Source: an uncultured delta proteobacterium
GTDB taxonomy: Bacteria; Desulfobacterota; Binatia; UBA9968
Length of the DNA: 64,000 bases
Assembly: GCA_963847445.1 (NCBI GenBank)
Contig: CAWJZV010000030.1
Location: forward strand, 256,001-320,000
Reading direction: 5' to 3'
The notes beneath the pieces are model-generated. The model was given only the letters and a program-made list of their open reading frames with translations, had not been told where the DNA came from and ran no database searches. The position numbers and the translations under genes are program-made. This document shows positions 33,232 through 44,533 of the stretch, piece after piece; position 1 is the stretch's first letter; each line of letters starts with the position of its first letter.

Positions 33232-33981
33232 TCACGACCCAGTCAGCCGCATGCCGCCGTCCACCGGCAAGATCGCCGCCGTCACCATCGACGCCTCGTC
33301 GGAAGCCAAATAAACCGCCGCATAGGCGATGTCTTCGGGCTCACCGATGCGGCCGATCGGCACTCTGGTTTTATAACGCGCGAGCTTCTCCGGCGTCGAG
33401 GTGTCGACCATCGGCGTGCGGGTCGGGCCGGGACAAATGCAATTCACGCGAATCTTGTCCTGGGCATGATCCATCGCCATCGCTTCGGTGAGCGTCACCA
33501 TCCCGCCCTTGGAGGCGCAGTACGCCGCCCGGCCGGCTTGGCCGAGCATGCCGGAGCGCGCCGCGATATGCAGAATCACGCCGCCGCCGCGCCTTTTCAT
33601 CTCGGGGATCGCCAGACGCGAGGCGACGAACACGGCTCTAAGATTGGTATCCAGGGTGCGGTCCCAATCATCTTCGCTGATCTCGGTGATACTGCCATTG
33701 GTGCGCACGCCGGCGCTGTTGACCAGGATATCGAGGCCGCCGAACTGTTTAACCGTTGCGTCGATGAGAGCTTTCATTTGCGCCGAATCGCAGATATCGC
33801 CGGCGCGAAACAACGCCTTGCCGCCGGCCTTCTCGATCGCCGCGACGGTCTCCAACCCTTTAGCTTCGGTCTTGGAAATGCCGGCAACCGCCGCGCCCTC
33901 CTTGGCGAACATGATCGCGATCGCTTGACCCAAGCCGGAGCCGAAACCGGTAACCAACGCGACCTTGCCTTTGAGTTTCAT
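33232..33981 (-). CDS. Short-chain dehydrogenase/reductase
   Basis: TG.GSGLG, LVNSAG, YCASKG, RVN.ICPG, VDGG. Confidence 0.92.
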   Translation of the reverse strand: MKLKGKVALVTGFGSGLGQAIAIMFAKEGAAVAGISKTEAKGLETVAAIEKAGGKALFRAGDICDSAQMKALIDATVKQFGGLDILVNSAGVRTNGSITEISEDDWDRTLDTNLRAVFVASRLAIPEMKRRGGGVILHIAARSGMLGQAGRAAYCASKGGMVTLTEAMAMDHAQDKIRVNCICPGPTRTPMVDTSTPEKLARYKTRVPIGRIGEPEDIAYAAVYLASDEASMVTAAILPVDGGMRLTGS

Positions 33982-34026
33982 CGCCAAACCCTCCGTAACA
34001 GCTCAAGATATACAATTGCTGCAAGG

Positions 34027-34055
34027 TTGACTCAACTATCGGCCGTTGTTATTTT
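34027..34055 (+). promoter_or_regulatory. Candidate sigma70 promoter for cobW-like gene
   Basis: TTGACT-17bp-TATTTT upstream of GAGG RBS and ATG at 34086. Confidence 0.45.
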
Positions 34056-34085
34056 TTAGCGAGTCGACTACGAGGAAATTTCACA

Positions 34086-35343
34086 ATGGCAGTAAGCAAC
34101 GATCCACGCATACCGGTAACCGTTCTTGACGGGATTTCTCGGCGCCGGCAAAACCACGCTACTCAATCGCATCCTGACCGCCGACCATGGCCGGCGCGTC
34201 GCCGTCATTGTCAACGAGTTTGGCGAAGTCGGCATCGATCACCATCTGTTGATCTCGTCGGACCAGGAAGTGGTCGAGATGAGCAACGGCTGCATTTGTT
34301 GCAGCGTTCGCGGCGATTTGCTGCGTAGCCTGTTTCAACTGCTCGAACACCGCGAAAAGTTCGACACTCTGATGATCGAGACCACGGGATTGGCCGACCC
34401 GGCGCCGGTGGTCCAAAGCTTCTTCATCGACGACCAAATCAAGAATGAATACGCATTGAACGGCGTCGTCACCGTGGTCGATGCCAAACATATCTTGCAG
34501 CAACTGAGCAGTTCACCGGAAGCCAAAGAACAGATCGCCTTCGCCGACATGGTGCTGCTCAACAAGATCGATCTGATCAATCCGGAAGATCTGCCGGAGC
34601 TGGAATTCAAGCTGAGAAATCTCAACGGCGCCGCGCGTGTCTGCCAGACGAGAAATTCCGACATCGACATCGGCACGATCCTCGACCTGCGCGCCCTCGA
34701 TCTCGAAATCAAAGCCGCCAAGCACGACCACAACCATGCGCACACCGAAGATATCGAGACCGTCGCCATCGAAATCGCCGGCGATCTCGACGGCGTCAAG
34801 ATCAGCCAATGGTTCCGCGAGCTGATCGGTGAATTCGGCGAACGCATCATGCGCATGAAGGGGATCTTGAACCTGCGCAAGGACCCCGATCAGTTTGTCT
34901 TCCAGGGAGTCCATTTGCTTTTCGAAGGCCGCCCCGGCCGGTCCTGGGCGGAAACCGAAGAGCGGATGAATCGGTTAGTCTTCATCGGCCGCAATTTGAA
35001 TAAAGAAAAAATCACTCAAGGATTCATGAACTGCATTACCACGGACGGCGAATACGCCTCGTCCGATGACGTCGATCCCTACGGCAAAAAGCAAGAAGTT
35101 TCTAAATTCACCCTCGAGCAAATTCGCTATTGGGTGCAAACCATTCTGGAATTTCCTCCCGACCTGCCGATCGTCATCAAAGAAGTCCCCTGCGTCAAAG
35201 CCGGCTGCCCACCGGTGGAAACCGCCCTGATGGTTTTTCTCAAGAACGAACCGCCGCGCACCTTCAAAATCCTCGCGCGCATCAACGACGTGAATTTCGA
35301 TCATGTCTACAACTTGATCGAGAATCCGTTGCCATGTTGCTGA
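34086..35343 (+). CDS. COG0523/CobW-family GTPase with extra Cys-rich C-terminal domain (frameshift near 34128)
   Basis: TGFLGAGKTT, VNEFGE, GCICC, IETTGLADP, LNKID, R.KG..FQGV; tail EVPCVKAGCPPVET...CC. Confidence 0.92.
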
Positions 35344-35499
35344 AGTAATAGAGGAGCACGGGCTTTCGTGGTCCGCCGGTTCTTGACGAATTGCTCAAGT
35401 AGCTAGTCTACCCTCAACGACTCCGGCGCCTTCGCCATTCCCGCTGTGGCCTGGTAACTGCTCTAAACATGCTACTTTCAATCACAGGAACCTGATGGC

Positions 35500-36267
35500 A
35501 TGCTGATTACCAAGAGTAAGATGCGCCGAACCGATGTAAGCACCTCCAGCAGTTTTGCCTTGCGCGCCGCGTTCTTCCTCGCCAACCTGGTTATCGTCGC
35601 CAGTTGCGCTGGCAGCGAGGCCCAGCTCGGTTCGCGCGACTGGAACGCGGAGCGCCGGCGCATGGTGGAAGTGCAACTTCGCGGGCGTGACATCCGCCAC
35701 CCGCGGGTGCTCGATGTTATGCGCACTGTGCCGCGCCATCTGTTCGTTCCCGAGCCCGAACGGGACCGCGCCTACAGCGACACTCCCCTGCCAATCGGCC
35801 ATGGTCAGACGATCTCCCAACCCTATATCGTTGCCTTCATGACTCAGGAGCTCGACATCGAGCCCGGTCATCGCGTGCTTGAGATCGGCACGGGGTCCGG
35901 CTATCAGGCGGCAGTGCTCGGCGCGCTAGCGAAGGAAGTGTACAGCATCGAGATCGTCGCGCCGTTGGCGGAGCGGGCGCGTGAGATACTCATGAGCCTC
36001 GGCTATCGCAACATCAACGTCCGCACCGGCAACGGCTACCTCGGCTGGCCTGAACATGCGCCGTACGACCGCATCATGGTGACGGCGGCACCGGACGAAG
36101 TACCGGCGGCGTTGGTGCAACAATTAAAGATTGGCGGCTTGATGGCGATCCCAGTCGGCACCGGCGTTCAGGAACTGCTCATCCTGCGGCGCACCCCGAC
36201 GGGGATGGAGACGCTAAGGACGCTTCCCGTGCGATTTGTCCCCATGACCGGCAAGCCTCGCACCTAA
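35500..36267 (+). CDS. pcm: Protein-L-isoaspartate O-methyltransferase
   Basis: VPRHLFV, GQTISQPY, VLEIGTGSGYQAA, APYD.I.VTAA, VRFVPM. Confidence 0.93.
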   Translation: MLITKSKMRRTDVSTSSSFALRAAFFLANLVIVASCAGSEAQLGSRDWNAERRRMVEVQLRGRDIRHPRVLDVMRTVPRHLFVPEPERDRAYSDTPLPIGHGQTISQPYIVAFMTQELDIEPGHRVLEIGTGSGYQAAVLGALAKEVYSIEIVAPLAERAREILMSLGYRNINVRTGNGYLGWPEHAPYDRIMVTAAPDEVPAALVQQLKIGGLMAIPVGTGVQELLILRRTPTGMETLRTLPVRFVPMTGKPRT

Positions 36268-36352
36268 GTACTGTAAGGGGTCACGAAGGTGGTTAGGTCT
36301 AGATTCGATCTGCTGCCTTATCTAAGCTTTACGTGTTCTGTTGGTCTCATGT

Positions 36353-36520
36353 TTAGTGAAAGACGCTCCCCCCATCCACGACAATCGCTTGCCCAGTCAT
36401 GAAGTCGCTGTCGGACGAACAGAGAAAATCCAACGTGCCCATCAGATCATCCGGCGTTTGCAGCCGCTTGATCGACCTTTCCTTCAACTGCAATTCCGTT
36501 AGCGCCTTGGGCGCATTCTG
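36353..36520 (-). pseudogene. Isolated 3' fragment of SDR gene; direct repeat of 49336-49503
   Basis: 168 bp, about 11 mismatches counted by eye, includes the stop codon. Confidence 0.9.
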
Positions 36521-36810
36521 CAGATAACCCAATGCTCCAATACTCCATCACGGTGCGGCGAATAATAACTTGTCGAACAAACTCCATTACACTCGCGAGT
36601 TTACGGCGCAGTAATTTTGATCAAGTTGAAGTACTTTGCGAGGGCAAAATTGCTTTAGTTAAACACGCACATTTTTATCACAATAAACGGTGCATATTGG
36701 CCCTCGACAATTAAGCATATTGCGCGTAACCATGTGAGCACGGGCTAGCTACAGGCAGTACTTGCTCTATCGAAGGGCCGTTCCCGATTCGCTGGCTCGG
36801 ATCGGAGGTA

Positions 36811-37779
36811 GTTGCCATCAAGTACGTTATCGGTCGTGTCGCTCAAGCCGTTATCACGCTGATCTTCTTCATGGTGGTGATCTTTGTGGCCACGCGCGCT
36901 GCGGGGGATCCGGCCGTGCTCAACTTGCCAGCGGATGCATCCCAGGCGGATATTGACGCGGCACGTGAGCGGATCGGCACGGACCGCAGTTACGCCGTGC
37001 AGTTCACTATCTTCGTGCAGGGCATGGCGACGTTTGATTTCGGCCGGTCCATCGTTTACGGCGAGCCGGTGCTGGAACTCATCGGACCGCGCTTTATCGC
37101 GAGCCTGAAACTTCAACTGGCGTCGCTGGTTTTAATCCTGATGACAGCGTTTCCTCTGGGTGTTCTCGCCGCGACGAAACGCGGTAGACTCCCGGATCGC
37201 GTCACACAGTTGCTGGCCGCGGTCGGCCAGGCCGCACCGGGCTTCTGGGTCGGCCTGGTTTTAATGGTGATCTTCGCCGTCCATCTTCGGCTGTTGCCGG
37301 CGGGAGGCATGGGCACCGGCGGCCTCGACTCATGGCAGTATTACGTCCTGCCCGCGATCAGCACCTCTTTATTTCTGTTTTCCGCAATGACGCGTCTTCT
37401 GCGTTCGTCGATGCTGGAGTCGTTGGACGCGGAGTTCGTGAAACTCGCGCGGGCGAAGGGCGTGCCCGAGTGGAAAGTGGTATGGATCCACGTCTTTCGC
37501 AACGGCTTACTGCCGGTGATGACCTTCATGGCCATCTGGGTCGGCACCGCGGTCTCGGGCTCGGTGGTCACCGAAGTGGTGTTCGACTGGCCAGGGATCG
37601 GAAATCTATTTCTGAGCGCGATTATCGCGCGCGATTTTCCGATCATCCAGGCGGTCGTCGGTGTGGTCGCGGTGACAGTCCTGTCTGCGAACCTCATCGT
37701 CGATTTGCTTTACGGCGTCGTCGATCCGCGCATCAGGTTTACCACAGTCACTTTGCAGAAAGCGCTAGCAAGGGGATAA
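36811..37779 (+). CDS. Peptide/nickel ABC permease (DppB-like; start approximate)
   Basis: GDP, DFG.S, R..RSSML......V..ARAKG, E.VF.WPG.G, RD.P..Q, DPRI. Confidence 0.9.
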   Translation, partial: VAIKYVIGRVAQAVITLIFFMVVIFVATRAAGDPAVLNLPADASQADIDAARERIGTDRSYAVQFTIFVQGMATFDFGRSIVYGEPVLELIGPRFIASLKLQLASLVLILMTAFPLGVLAATKRGRLPDRVTQLLAAVGQAAPGFWVGLVLMVIFAVHLRLLPAGGMGTGGLDSWQYYVLPAISTSLFLFSAMTRLLRSSMLESLDAEFVKLARAKGVPEWKVVWIHVFRNGLLPVMTFMAIWVGTAVSGSVVTEVVFDWPGIGNLFLSAIIARDFPIIQAVVGVVAVTVLSANLIVDLLYGVVDPRIRFTTVTLQKALARG

Positions 37780-37782
37780 GCG

Positions 37783-38700
37783 ATGTCCGTTATCGATACC
37801 GAGCAAGTTGCACTCGAACGGACCGAAGTCGCGGCGCGACAGGATGCGCTCGGCGGCTGGCTCCGATGGAGCAAGCTGCGGCGGCTGCCGCTGTTTCCGC
37901 TCGCGGTCATTGGCCTGTTCGTGATCCTGGCAATTTTCGGCGATTGGCTTGCGCCCAACGACCCATATAAAACCAGCCTCGGAGCACGATTGCTCCCGCC
38001 GGCGTGGATGCAGGGCGGCGATTCGAATTATCTTCTCGGCACGGATCGGCTGGGGCGCGATGTCTTCAGTAGGATCGTCGTTGGAGCGTTACCTTCTTTC
38101 AAAGTGGCGCTGGCGGCATTAATCTTCGGCTCGGTTCTGGGTTCTTTAATCGGCATGATCTCGGGCTATCTCGGCGGACGAACAGATGCACTGATCATGC
38201 GCATTGCCGACGGCACGATGGCCTTCCCGCTCATTTTGGCTGCGCTGCTGTTGGCAGCGATCATCGGCCCGGGTGGGCCTACAGTCGTGATCGCTGCCTG
38301 TGTTGTTCTCTGGGCTCGGTTCGCCCGGCTCATCCGCAGCGAGGTTCTCACGGTCAAAGAGCGCGACTTCGTCAAGCTGGCGCGCGTGGCGGGGGCGTCG
38401 AACTGGCGTATCATGACCGCCCATATTTTGCCCAACGTGCTCAACAGCGTCGTGGTGCTGCTTACCTTGCAGCTCGGATTCGTCATCATCTTGGAAGCGA
38501 CCCTGAGCTTCCTTGGGGCGGGAATTCCACCGCCGACGCCGACCTGGGGTCAAATGGTCGCCAGCGGCCGAGATTACCTGGAGGTTGGCTGGTGGTTGTC
38601 GATCTTTCCCGGACTCGCCATCGCGCTGGTCGTGTTGTCCTTCAACCTTCTCGGAGACTGGCTCCGGGATCACACCGATCCTCGGTTGCGCCAGCTTTGA
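37783..38700 (+). CDS. Peptide/nickel ABC permease (DppC-like)
   Basis: LGTD.LGRD..SR, HILPN, EA.LSFLG.G, WG.M, GD.LRD..DP. Confidence 0.92.
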   Translation: MSVIDTEQVALERTEVAARQDALGGWLRWSKLRRLPLFPLAVIGLFVILAIFGDWLAPNDPYKTSLGARLLPPAWMQGGDSNYLLGTDRLGRDVFSRIVVGALPSFKVALAALIFGSVLGSLIGMISGYLGGRTDALIMRIADGTMAFPLILAALLLAAIIGPGGPTVVIAACVVLWARFARLIRSEVLTVKERDFVKLARVAGASNWRIMTAHILPNVLNSVVVLLTLQLGFVIILEATLSFLGAGIPPPTPTWGQMVASGRDYLEVGWWLSIFPGLAIALVVLSFNLLGDWLRDHTDPRLRQL

Positions 38701-38880
38701 GGAACTGTGTGGAGCCAGCCGCGTTTGAACGGCGCGCGAGCTTTGCAGGGCGGCGAGCGGCTAAGCTGAGCTCGATTCGGATCATTAGAACGCCGCTGGC
38801 TGTGACCCGCGCCAAGCCGCGTGGCGTCTGTGATAGGGACCGAAAAGCGGAACCCATAAATACAAATAGGAGGTATTTTC

Positions 38881-40578
38881 ATGTCTAAGCAAAGGCGCAA
38901 TCGGTTGGCGCGCAAGGGTCTGCTCTTGCTGCTTGCACTGCCGGCATTGACTATGTTCCAGCAGACGCCGGGATACGCGCAAGCCACCCCAAAAGTGTCG
39001 GTCGCAGCGAATAGCGGCGGAAAACCGACCGACACATCACTGACCGGCTGCCCCGCACGCAAGCCGACGCTGCGGATCGCAGGCCATTTCAACGAGGAGT
39101 TCACGCCGCATCCGGCGGAGAATCGTTTCGCAACCATTCACTTTACGCGACTCCACCAGATGACGCTGTTCGGCTCCGATCCGGGCGATGAGAAGCTCGA
39201 TGCCGCTTTCGGTATTGCCGAATCCTGGGAATTCCTACCAAGTGCCAAGGGGCTGATCGTTACACTGCGCGAAGGGTTGACCTTTAATAACGGCGATCCT
39301 GTTACACCCGAGGACGTGGTGTTTTCGGTGAAGCTGGCGTCCAGTGATTTTGCCGAGGACCAGATCAGGGCGACCTTGAGAGGCATCAAAGTGACCGCCG
39401 AGGTTATCGACAAGCGCAAAGTTCGCATCGAGTTCGGCCAGGGGGCGCCGACCTTCGTGTACGAAATGTCGCCGCTGGTGTTTCCGATTTACGTGACTTC
39501 TAGAAAATATCATTCCGACGGCGCAACCTCCCAGGAGGCCTTCGACCGCTTTCGGAAAAATCCGCTCGCAGGGGGGCCCTATCGAGTCGTCGAGCGCCAG
39601 GCGCAACGATCGATCACGCTGGAGGCGGCGCGCAAAGATCCTCTGCTCGGCTGCCCGGTCTATCAGCGCATCGAAATTAGGAACGTCGGGGAACTCGGCA
39701 CGCGCCTCGCTCAATTTCGTACGGGGCAGTTGGATATCATCGAAGGCAGCCGCGATCTCATGGGGCGCGCCACGTCAATGGGAGGCAGGGTGGCAACCAA
39801 GCCGGATGCCCACATGATCGGTTTTTACTTCTTTCAGACCTGGCATAAACATAACGTCTTCCACGACGAGCGGGTGCGCAAAGCCGCGGCTTACGCCATC
39901 GATCACAAGCTAATCACGAAAACGATCTGGCGCGGCATCGGGGTGACGCCTTGGGGTTGCACGTGGCCGCCGTCGACGGAACTTTCCACGATGAATCCAA
40001 AGTTCGTCGAGGCCTGCGCCACGCCGTATCCGTACGATCCGGTCAAGGCGCGCGAACTGCTCGCTGCCGGCGGTTATCCACCGGGACGCGTACCGAGCAT
40101 CAAATTGGTCTACTGGGGCAATTACCCGGAAGAAGCAGATTTCGCTCAGGCGATTCAACCGATGTTGGAAAAGGTTGGGTTCAAGGTCACCATCGATCCC
40201 ATCGATCGAGCGGAGTATGCCCGCCGGCGGCAATCCGGCGAAGGATATATCGATTCGATTTTATTTTTTGGCTCCGGCGGCCGCATTACGTCGCTGGCCG
40301 GATCGTATTCCGTATTTGGCCCAAAATTGAATTTCGGACCGAAACACGATCAGGACGTCATCGATGCATTGGCAGCGGCGTCGAGTGCGGCGACCGTCGA
40401 AGAATACACCGAGGCCACGGCCAAGCTCGGTAAGCTGGTTCACGGACGCGCCTACGGTCCGGGTTTCTTCTGGGCCTCCTCGGTGTGGTTCGTCAGCAAG
40501 AAGTTGCCCGACTGGGGACTGGAGCGGAGTCGTGGTCGAGGGCCGCTTAATCTGGCCGCGCTGGTGACCAAGCGGTGA
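38881..40578 (+). CDS. ABC substrate-binding protein family 5
   Basis: Signal peptide, AESWE, LR.G..F..G.P.T.EDV.FS, GPY, VRKA...AID, YDP.KA..LL. Confidence 0.9.
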   Translation: MSKQRRNRLARKGLLLLLALPALTMFQQTPGYAQATPKVSVAANSGGKPTDTSLTGCPARKPTLRIAGHFNEEFTPHPAENRFATIHFTRLHQMTLFGSDPGDEKLDAAFGIAESWEFLPSAKGLIVTLREGLTFNNGDPVTPEDVVFSVKLASSDFAEDQIRATLRGIKVTAEVIDKRKVRIEFGQGAPTFVYEMSPLVFPIYVTSRKYHSDGATSQEAFDRFRKNPLAGGPYRVVERQAQRSITLEAARKDPLLGCPVYQRIEIRNVGELGTRLAQFRTGQLDIIEGSRDLMGRATSMGGRVATKPDAHMIGFYFFQTWHKHNVFHDERVRKAAAYAIDHKLITKTIWRGIGVTPWGCTWPPSTELSTMNPKFVEACATPYPYDPVKARELLAAGGYPPGRVPSIKLVYWGNYPEEADFAQAIQPMLEKVGFKVTIDPIDRAEYARRRQSGEGYIDSILFFGSGGRITSLAGSYSVFGPKLNFGPKHDQDVIDALAAASSAATVEEYTEATAKLGKLVHGRAYGPGFFWASSVWFVSKKLPDWGLERSRGRGPLNLAALVTKR

Positions 40579-40597
40579 ATCGCAAACCAGGCAAGAG

Positions 40598-40699
40598 GTT
40601 CAATTCGTTCGAATCGCTCAACCAATGAACCGAAAGTTCGCGCACCGGCGCATATCTTCCGGGGGACTTGAACTTTTTAATCGCTTGAACGTTTTGAAC
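40598..40699. repeat. Inverted pair of degenerate 9-bp arrays between convergent genes
   Basis: gttcaattcgttcgaatcgctcaa ... ttgaactttttaatcgcttgaacgttttgaac. Confidence 0.75.
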
Positions 40700-40718
40700 T
40701 TCTTACGTCGTTTTTTAG

Positions 40719-41730
40719 TTAGTAGAGGTGACAGGCGGTCCAGTGCCGGGGCGCGAGCTCTTTCCACTCGGGCTCCACTTCGGCGCAAACCTGCAGGGCC
40801 ATGGGGCAGCGCGGGTGGAGCCGGCAGCCTCGGGGACAGCGGTGGCAGCGGCCACGTCGCCGTGCAGCAGTAGTTCTTCCCGCTCGACGTCGGGATGATC
40901 GGGCAGGGCGGCGGAAAAGAGCGCCTTGGTGTAAGGGTGGAGCGGGTTTTTGAAAAGCTCCTCGCACTCCGCCGATTCTACCAGCCGGCCAAGATACATG
41001 ACCCCCACGGTGTGGCTCATGTAGCGGACCGTGCCCAGGTGGTGCGCGATGAAGAGGTAGCTGAACCCTTCCTGTTCCTGCAGATCTTTGAGGAGATTCA
41101 TGATCTGGGCGCGGATCGAAACGTCGAGAGAGGAAACCGGCTCGTCGAGCACGATCAGTCGCGGCGAAGACGCCAGAGCCCGCGCGATCGCGATGCGCTG
41201 GCGCTGACCGCCGCTGAATTCGTGCGGGAAGTTGTCGATTTCTTCGGCCCTGAGCCCGACCTGTTGGAGCACTTCCTCGGCCCGCTCGCCGGCGTTCGCT
41301 CTTGGACATCGTTGCTGTTGATCAGCAGCGGCTCGGTGATGAAGTCACCGACCCGCATGCGCGGGTTCATGGAGCTGTACGGATCCTGGAACACCGCCTG
41401 AACCGCCGAACGGTAGGCGCGCATCTCCTCCTGGCTCAGCTCCTGAATGTCTTTGTCTTGCCAGAGGACACGCCCCTCGCTGGGCGCCTCGACCTTGAGG
41501 ATCGCACGGGCGGTGGTGGTTTTGCCGCAGCCCGACTCGCCGACGAGACTGAAGGTCTCACCCTCTTTAACGTCGAACGAGACTCCGTCCACCGCTCTGA
41601 TCAGCAGCGACTCACGCTTGAAAAACGGGCCACGTCTCACCGGAAAAAAAACGTGCAGGTTCTCCACCTGGAGGATCTTGTGATCATTGTTGCAGTGCGG
41701 GAGCGTTGAATATTTGCGGCGAAGATGCAT
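40719..41730 (-). CDS. Oligopeptide ABC ATPase (OppF/DppF-like), frameshifted; start approximate
   Basis: [38 protein letters not shown]. Confidence 0.9.
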
Positions 41731-42752
41731 CCGACTCCCTACGTCCAAGCGTCCGTTGGCCGGCAAGTCGATGCTTCTGGCGTACACCTCCTCGGCGCGC
41801 CAGCACTCCGAAGTGTGCCCCGCCTTGACCGTGACCAGCGGCGGCTTCTCCTGGGTGCAGCGCTCGAAGGCGAAGGCGCACCGCGACGCAAAAGGGCACC
41901 CCGGGCTCTCGCGTCCATCCCGTGGCAGGAGAGCCGGGAATGGCGTACAAGCGATTCACGCGGCCGTCGACTTTGGGCACGGCTTCGAGCAGGGCGCGGG
42001 TGTACGGGTGGGCCGGGCGATTAAAGGTTTCCCGGACGTCGGCGTATTCGACAATTCGACCTGCGTACATCACCGCGACATCGTCGCACATCTTGGCGAC
42101 GATGCCGAAGTCGTGGGTGATAAAAAGCAGCGCCAGGTTCAGGTCCGTCTGAAGGCCGCGCAACAACTCCAAGTACTGTGCCTGGATGGTCGCGTCCAGA
42201 GCGGTGGTTGCCTCGTCGGCGATCAACAGCTGCGGCTCGCAGGCGATGGCCGTGGCGCCCACTACGCGTTGGCGCATGCCGCCGCTGAACTGGTGCGGGT
42301 AATCCTTCATGCGGATCTCGGGCGAGGGTACATGGACGCGCCGCAGGCTGTCGATCACCCGGTCGAGTCTGCGCCTTGCCCGACAGCTGCTGGTGCAGGC
42401 TGACGGACTCTCCTACTTGATACTGGACGGTGAACACGGGGTTGAGGCTGGTGAGCGGGTCCTGCAGGATGATGGCGATGCCGCCACCGCGGATGCGCCG
42501 CATCTCCTTTTCGGGCTTCTTGAGCAGGTCCTCCCCGGCAAAGCGAATCTCTCCGCCGATGATCCGCGCTGCCGGCTGGGGAGCGAGCCGCAGGATGGAG
42601 AGAGCCGTCATCGACTTGCCGCTTCCCGACTCTCCGACCAGCCCGAGGCTCTTGCCGCGGTCGAGGGCGAAGCTCACGCCGTTAACGGCCTGATTGACGC
42701 CTCGCCGCGTGTAGATATACGTGCTCAGATTGTCGACTTCAAGCAAAGCCAC
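41684..42752 (-). CDS. Oligopeptide ABC ATPase (OppD/DppD-like), frameshifted
   Basis: [40 protein letters not shown]. Confidence 0.9.
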
Positions 42753-43265
42753 GTCGATTGATCCCTGTTTCTAGCGGCGTACCGATTCCGGATACGGCGG
42801 CATTCGATGGATCGGCTTCCGTCTGTATATGTCCTATCACCACCATGACCCGCTCGAAGAAATCTAGCCGTCTTACGGACGTCGACTCCGCTGCCCTTGA
42901 GACGACTTCGGCGTTAAGCGGGCAGTCTGCGCCGCAGCTTCCGATGGAAGTCGAGCGCGACGCGATCATTCACACTTATATATAGCAAGATCGCCTTTCC
43001 GCAACGTCAAATTGCCTGCATGACGGGGTTTCATTGAATCAAACTTTCACAGGTTGCCAAACAATCAACCGGGCATTTCGCGATCGGGGTAAGAACCCCG
43101 CTCGCGACCAAAGGGGATGATCAATCCCCTTTGGAAACCCTAGCAATTTTGTCCTCGCAGCAAACTACGGGGAATATTAGATTTAACCGCGTGAAAAACT
43201 TTTTTCTTTGCCTTTTTATCACTACGCATATATAGGCAAAGACAACTTGTACCAGAGGTGAGTCC

Positions 43266-44462
43266 ATGAATCTTCCGCCCATCGCCACCACCACTATCGG
43301 CAGCTTTCCCCGTCCCGGCTGGCTCGCGCAAAATGACCGCACCCGCGCAATCTTTCGCCTGGAGGGCGCGGCCCTCAAAGAAGCGCAGGATGACGCGACG
43401 GCGCTAAGCATTCATACACAAGATGGACTCGGCCTGGATCTGCTCTCCGATGGCGAACAAAGACGCACGGGTTTTATCAATCATATCCTTGCCGCGTTCG
43501 ACGGCATAGACCTCGCTCACGAAGGTTTGAAACATATCTATCGGCGCCGGGCGATGGAGCGCATGGTGCCGCGCGTCGTCGGCAAAATAAAAAGACGCGC
43601 GCCCACCATCGTCGGCGATCTCCGTTTCGCCAAAGCTCATACGAGCAAGCCGATCAAGATGGATGTGCCGGGGCCGATGACCGTGGTCGACAGCACGCTG
43701 GATGAATTCTACAAAGACGAAGCCGCCATGGCGATGGACGTGGCTGCGGCGCTCAACGAGGAGCTACTCGACTTGCAAGCGGCAGGATGCGATGTGGTGC
43801 AGATCGACGAACCCGCAATGACTCGTTACCACGAGAAAGTTTTCGCCTACGGTGCTAAAGCCCTCGACCGCTGCCTCGAAGGGATCCATGTCCCCACTGT
43901 CGTTCATCTCTGCTACGGCTATCCCGGCGGCGGGCAACAGCATGAATACGAATATCCCGAACTGCTCGAAGCGCTGATGAAAACCAGGATCAGCGGCTTC
44001 GGCGTCGAATTCGCGCGCAGCGACTATGACCCGGCGGTGCTGGCCATCGCCAAAGGCCGGATCGTGATGTTCGGCTGCGTCGATCCCAGCGACACGCCGG
44101 TGCCACAGGTGGCAAAGGTCGTCGAACGGGTGCACACCGCGCTAAAATATATTGAGCCGAAAAATTTGTGGCTGGCGCCTGACTGCGGCCTGATGACAAT
44201 CAGCCGCGAGCTGGCCAACGACAAGGCCAAACTGCTCACCGAAGTCGCAAAGCAAGTGCGAAAAATCGTCTTCATCGATGTGTATAAAGGTATTCAATTT
44301 CTGAGGCTGAATGCCGCGCTTGATGTGAGCGTGGTAAATCGTAGCGAAGCTCCATCTGAAGCCGCCTTGCCAATGGCTCTAGCGGGCATCTTCGATAGGA
44401 CGGACCGTGTTCCAAACAACCTGCTGAACAATATCAACATTTCAAATGTTCACACCATTTAG
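43266..44462 (+). CDS. Cobalamin-independent methionine synthase II (MetE C-terminal-like) family protein; homology ends near 44270
   Basis: TT.IGSFPRP, SDGEQRR, PGP.T, QIDEP, HLCYG, APDCG. Confidence 0.88.
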   Translation: MNLPPIATTTIGSFPRPGWLAQNDRTRAIFRLEGAALKEAQDDATALSIHTQDGLGLDLLSDGEQRRTGFINHILAAFDGIDLAHEGLKHIYRRRAMERMVPRVVGKIKRRAPTIVGDLRFAKAHTSKPIKMDVPGPMTVVDSTLDEFYKDEAAMAMDVAAALNEELLDLQAAGCDVVQIDEPAMTRYHEKVFAYGAKALDRCLEGIHVPTVVHLCYGYPGGGQQHEYEYPELLEALMKTRISGFGVEFARSDYDPAVLAIAKGRIVMFGCVDPSDTPVPQVAKVVERVHTALKYIEPKNLWLAPDCGLMTISRELANDKAKLLTEVAKQVRKIVFIDVYKGIQFLRLNAALDVSVVNRSEAPSEAALPMALAGIFDRTDRVPNNLLNNINISNVHTI

Positions 44463-44533
44463 AGCGGGACATCGGCGCAAGCCCAAAGAAGACCTTGTCG
44501 TAAGAAAACCAACAACTTACGTTTCTCCCTATC

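Noticed and set aside
36262-36298. Possible solo attC after pcm (acctaag...gttaggt)
   Set aside because: Only 37 bp, the R'' box is imperfect and there is no internal stem.
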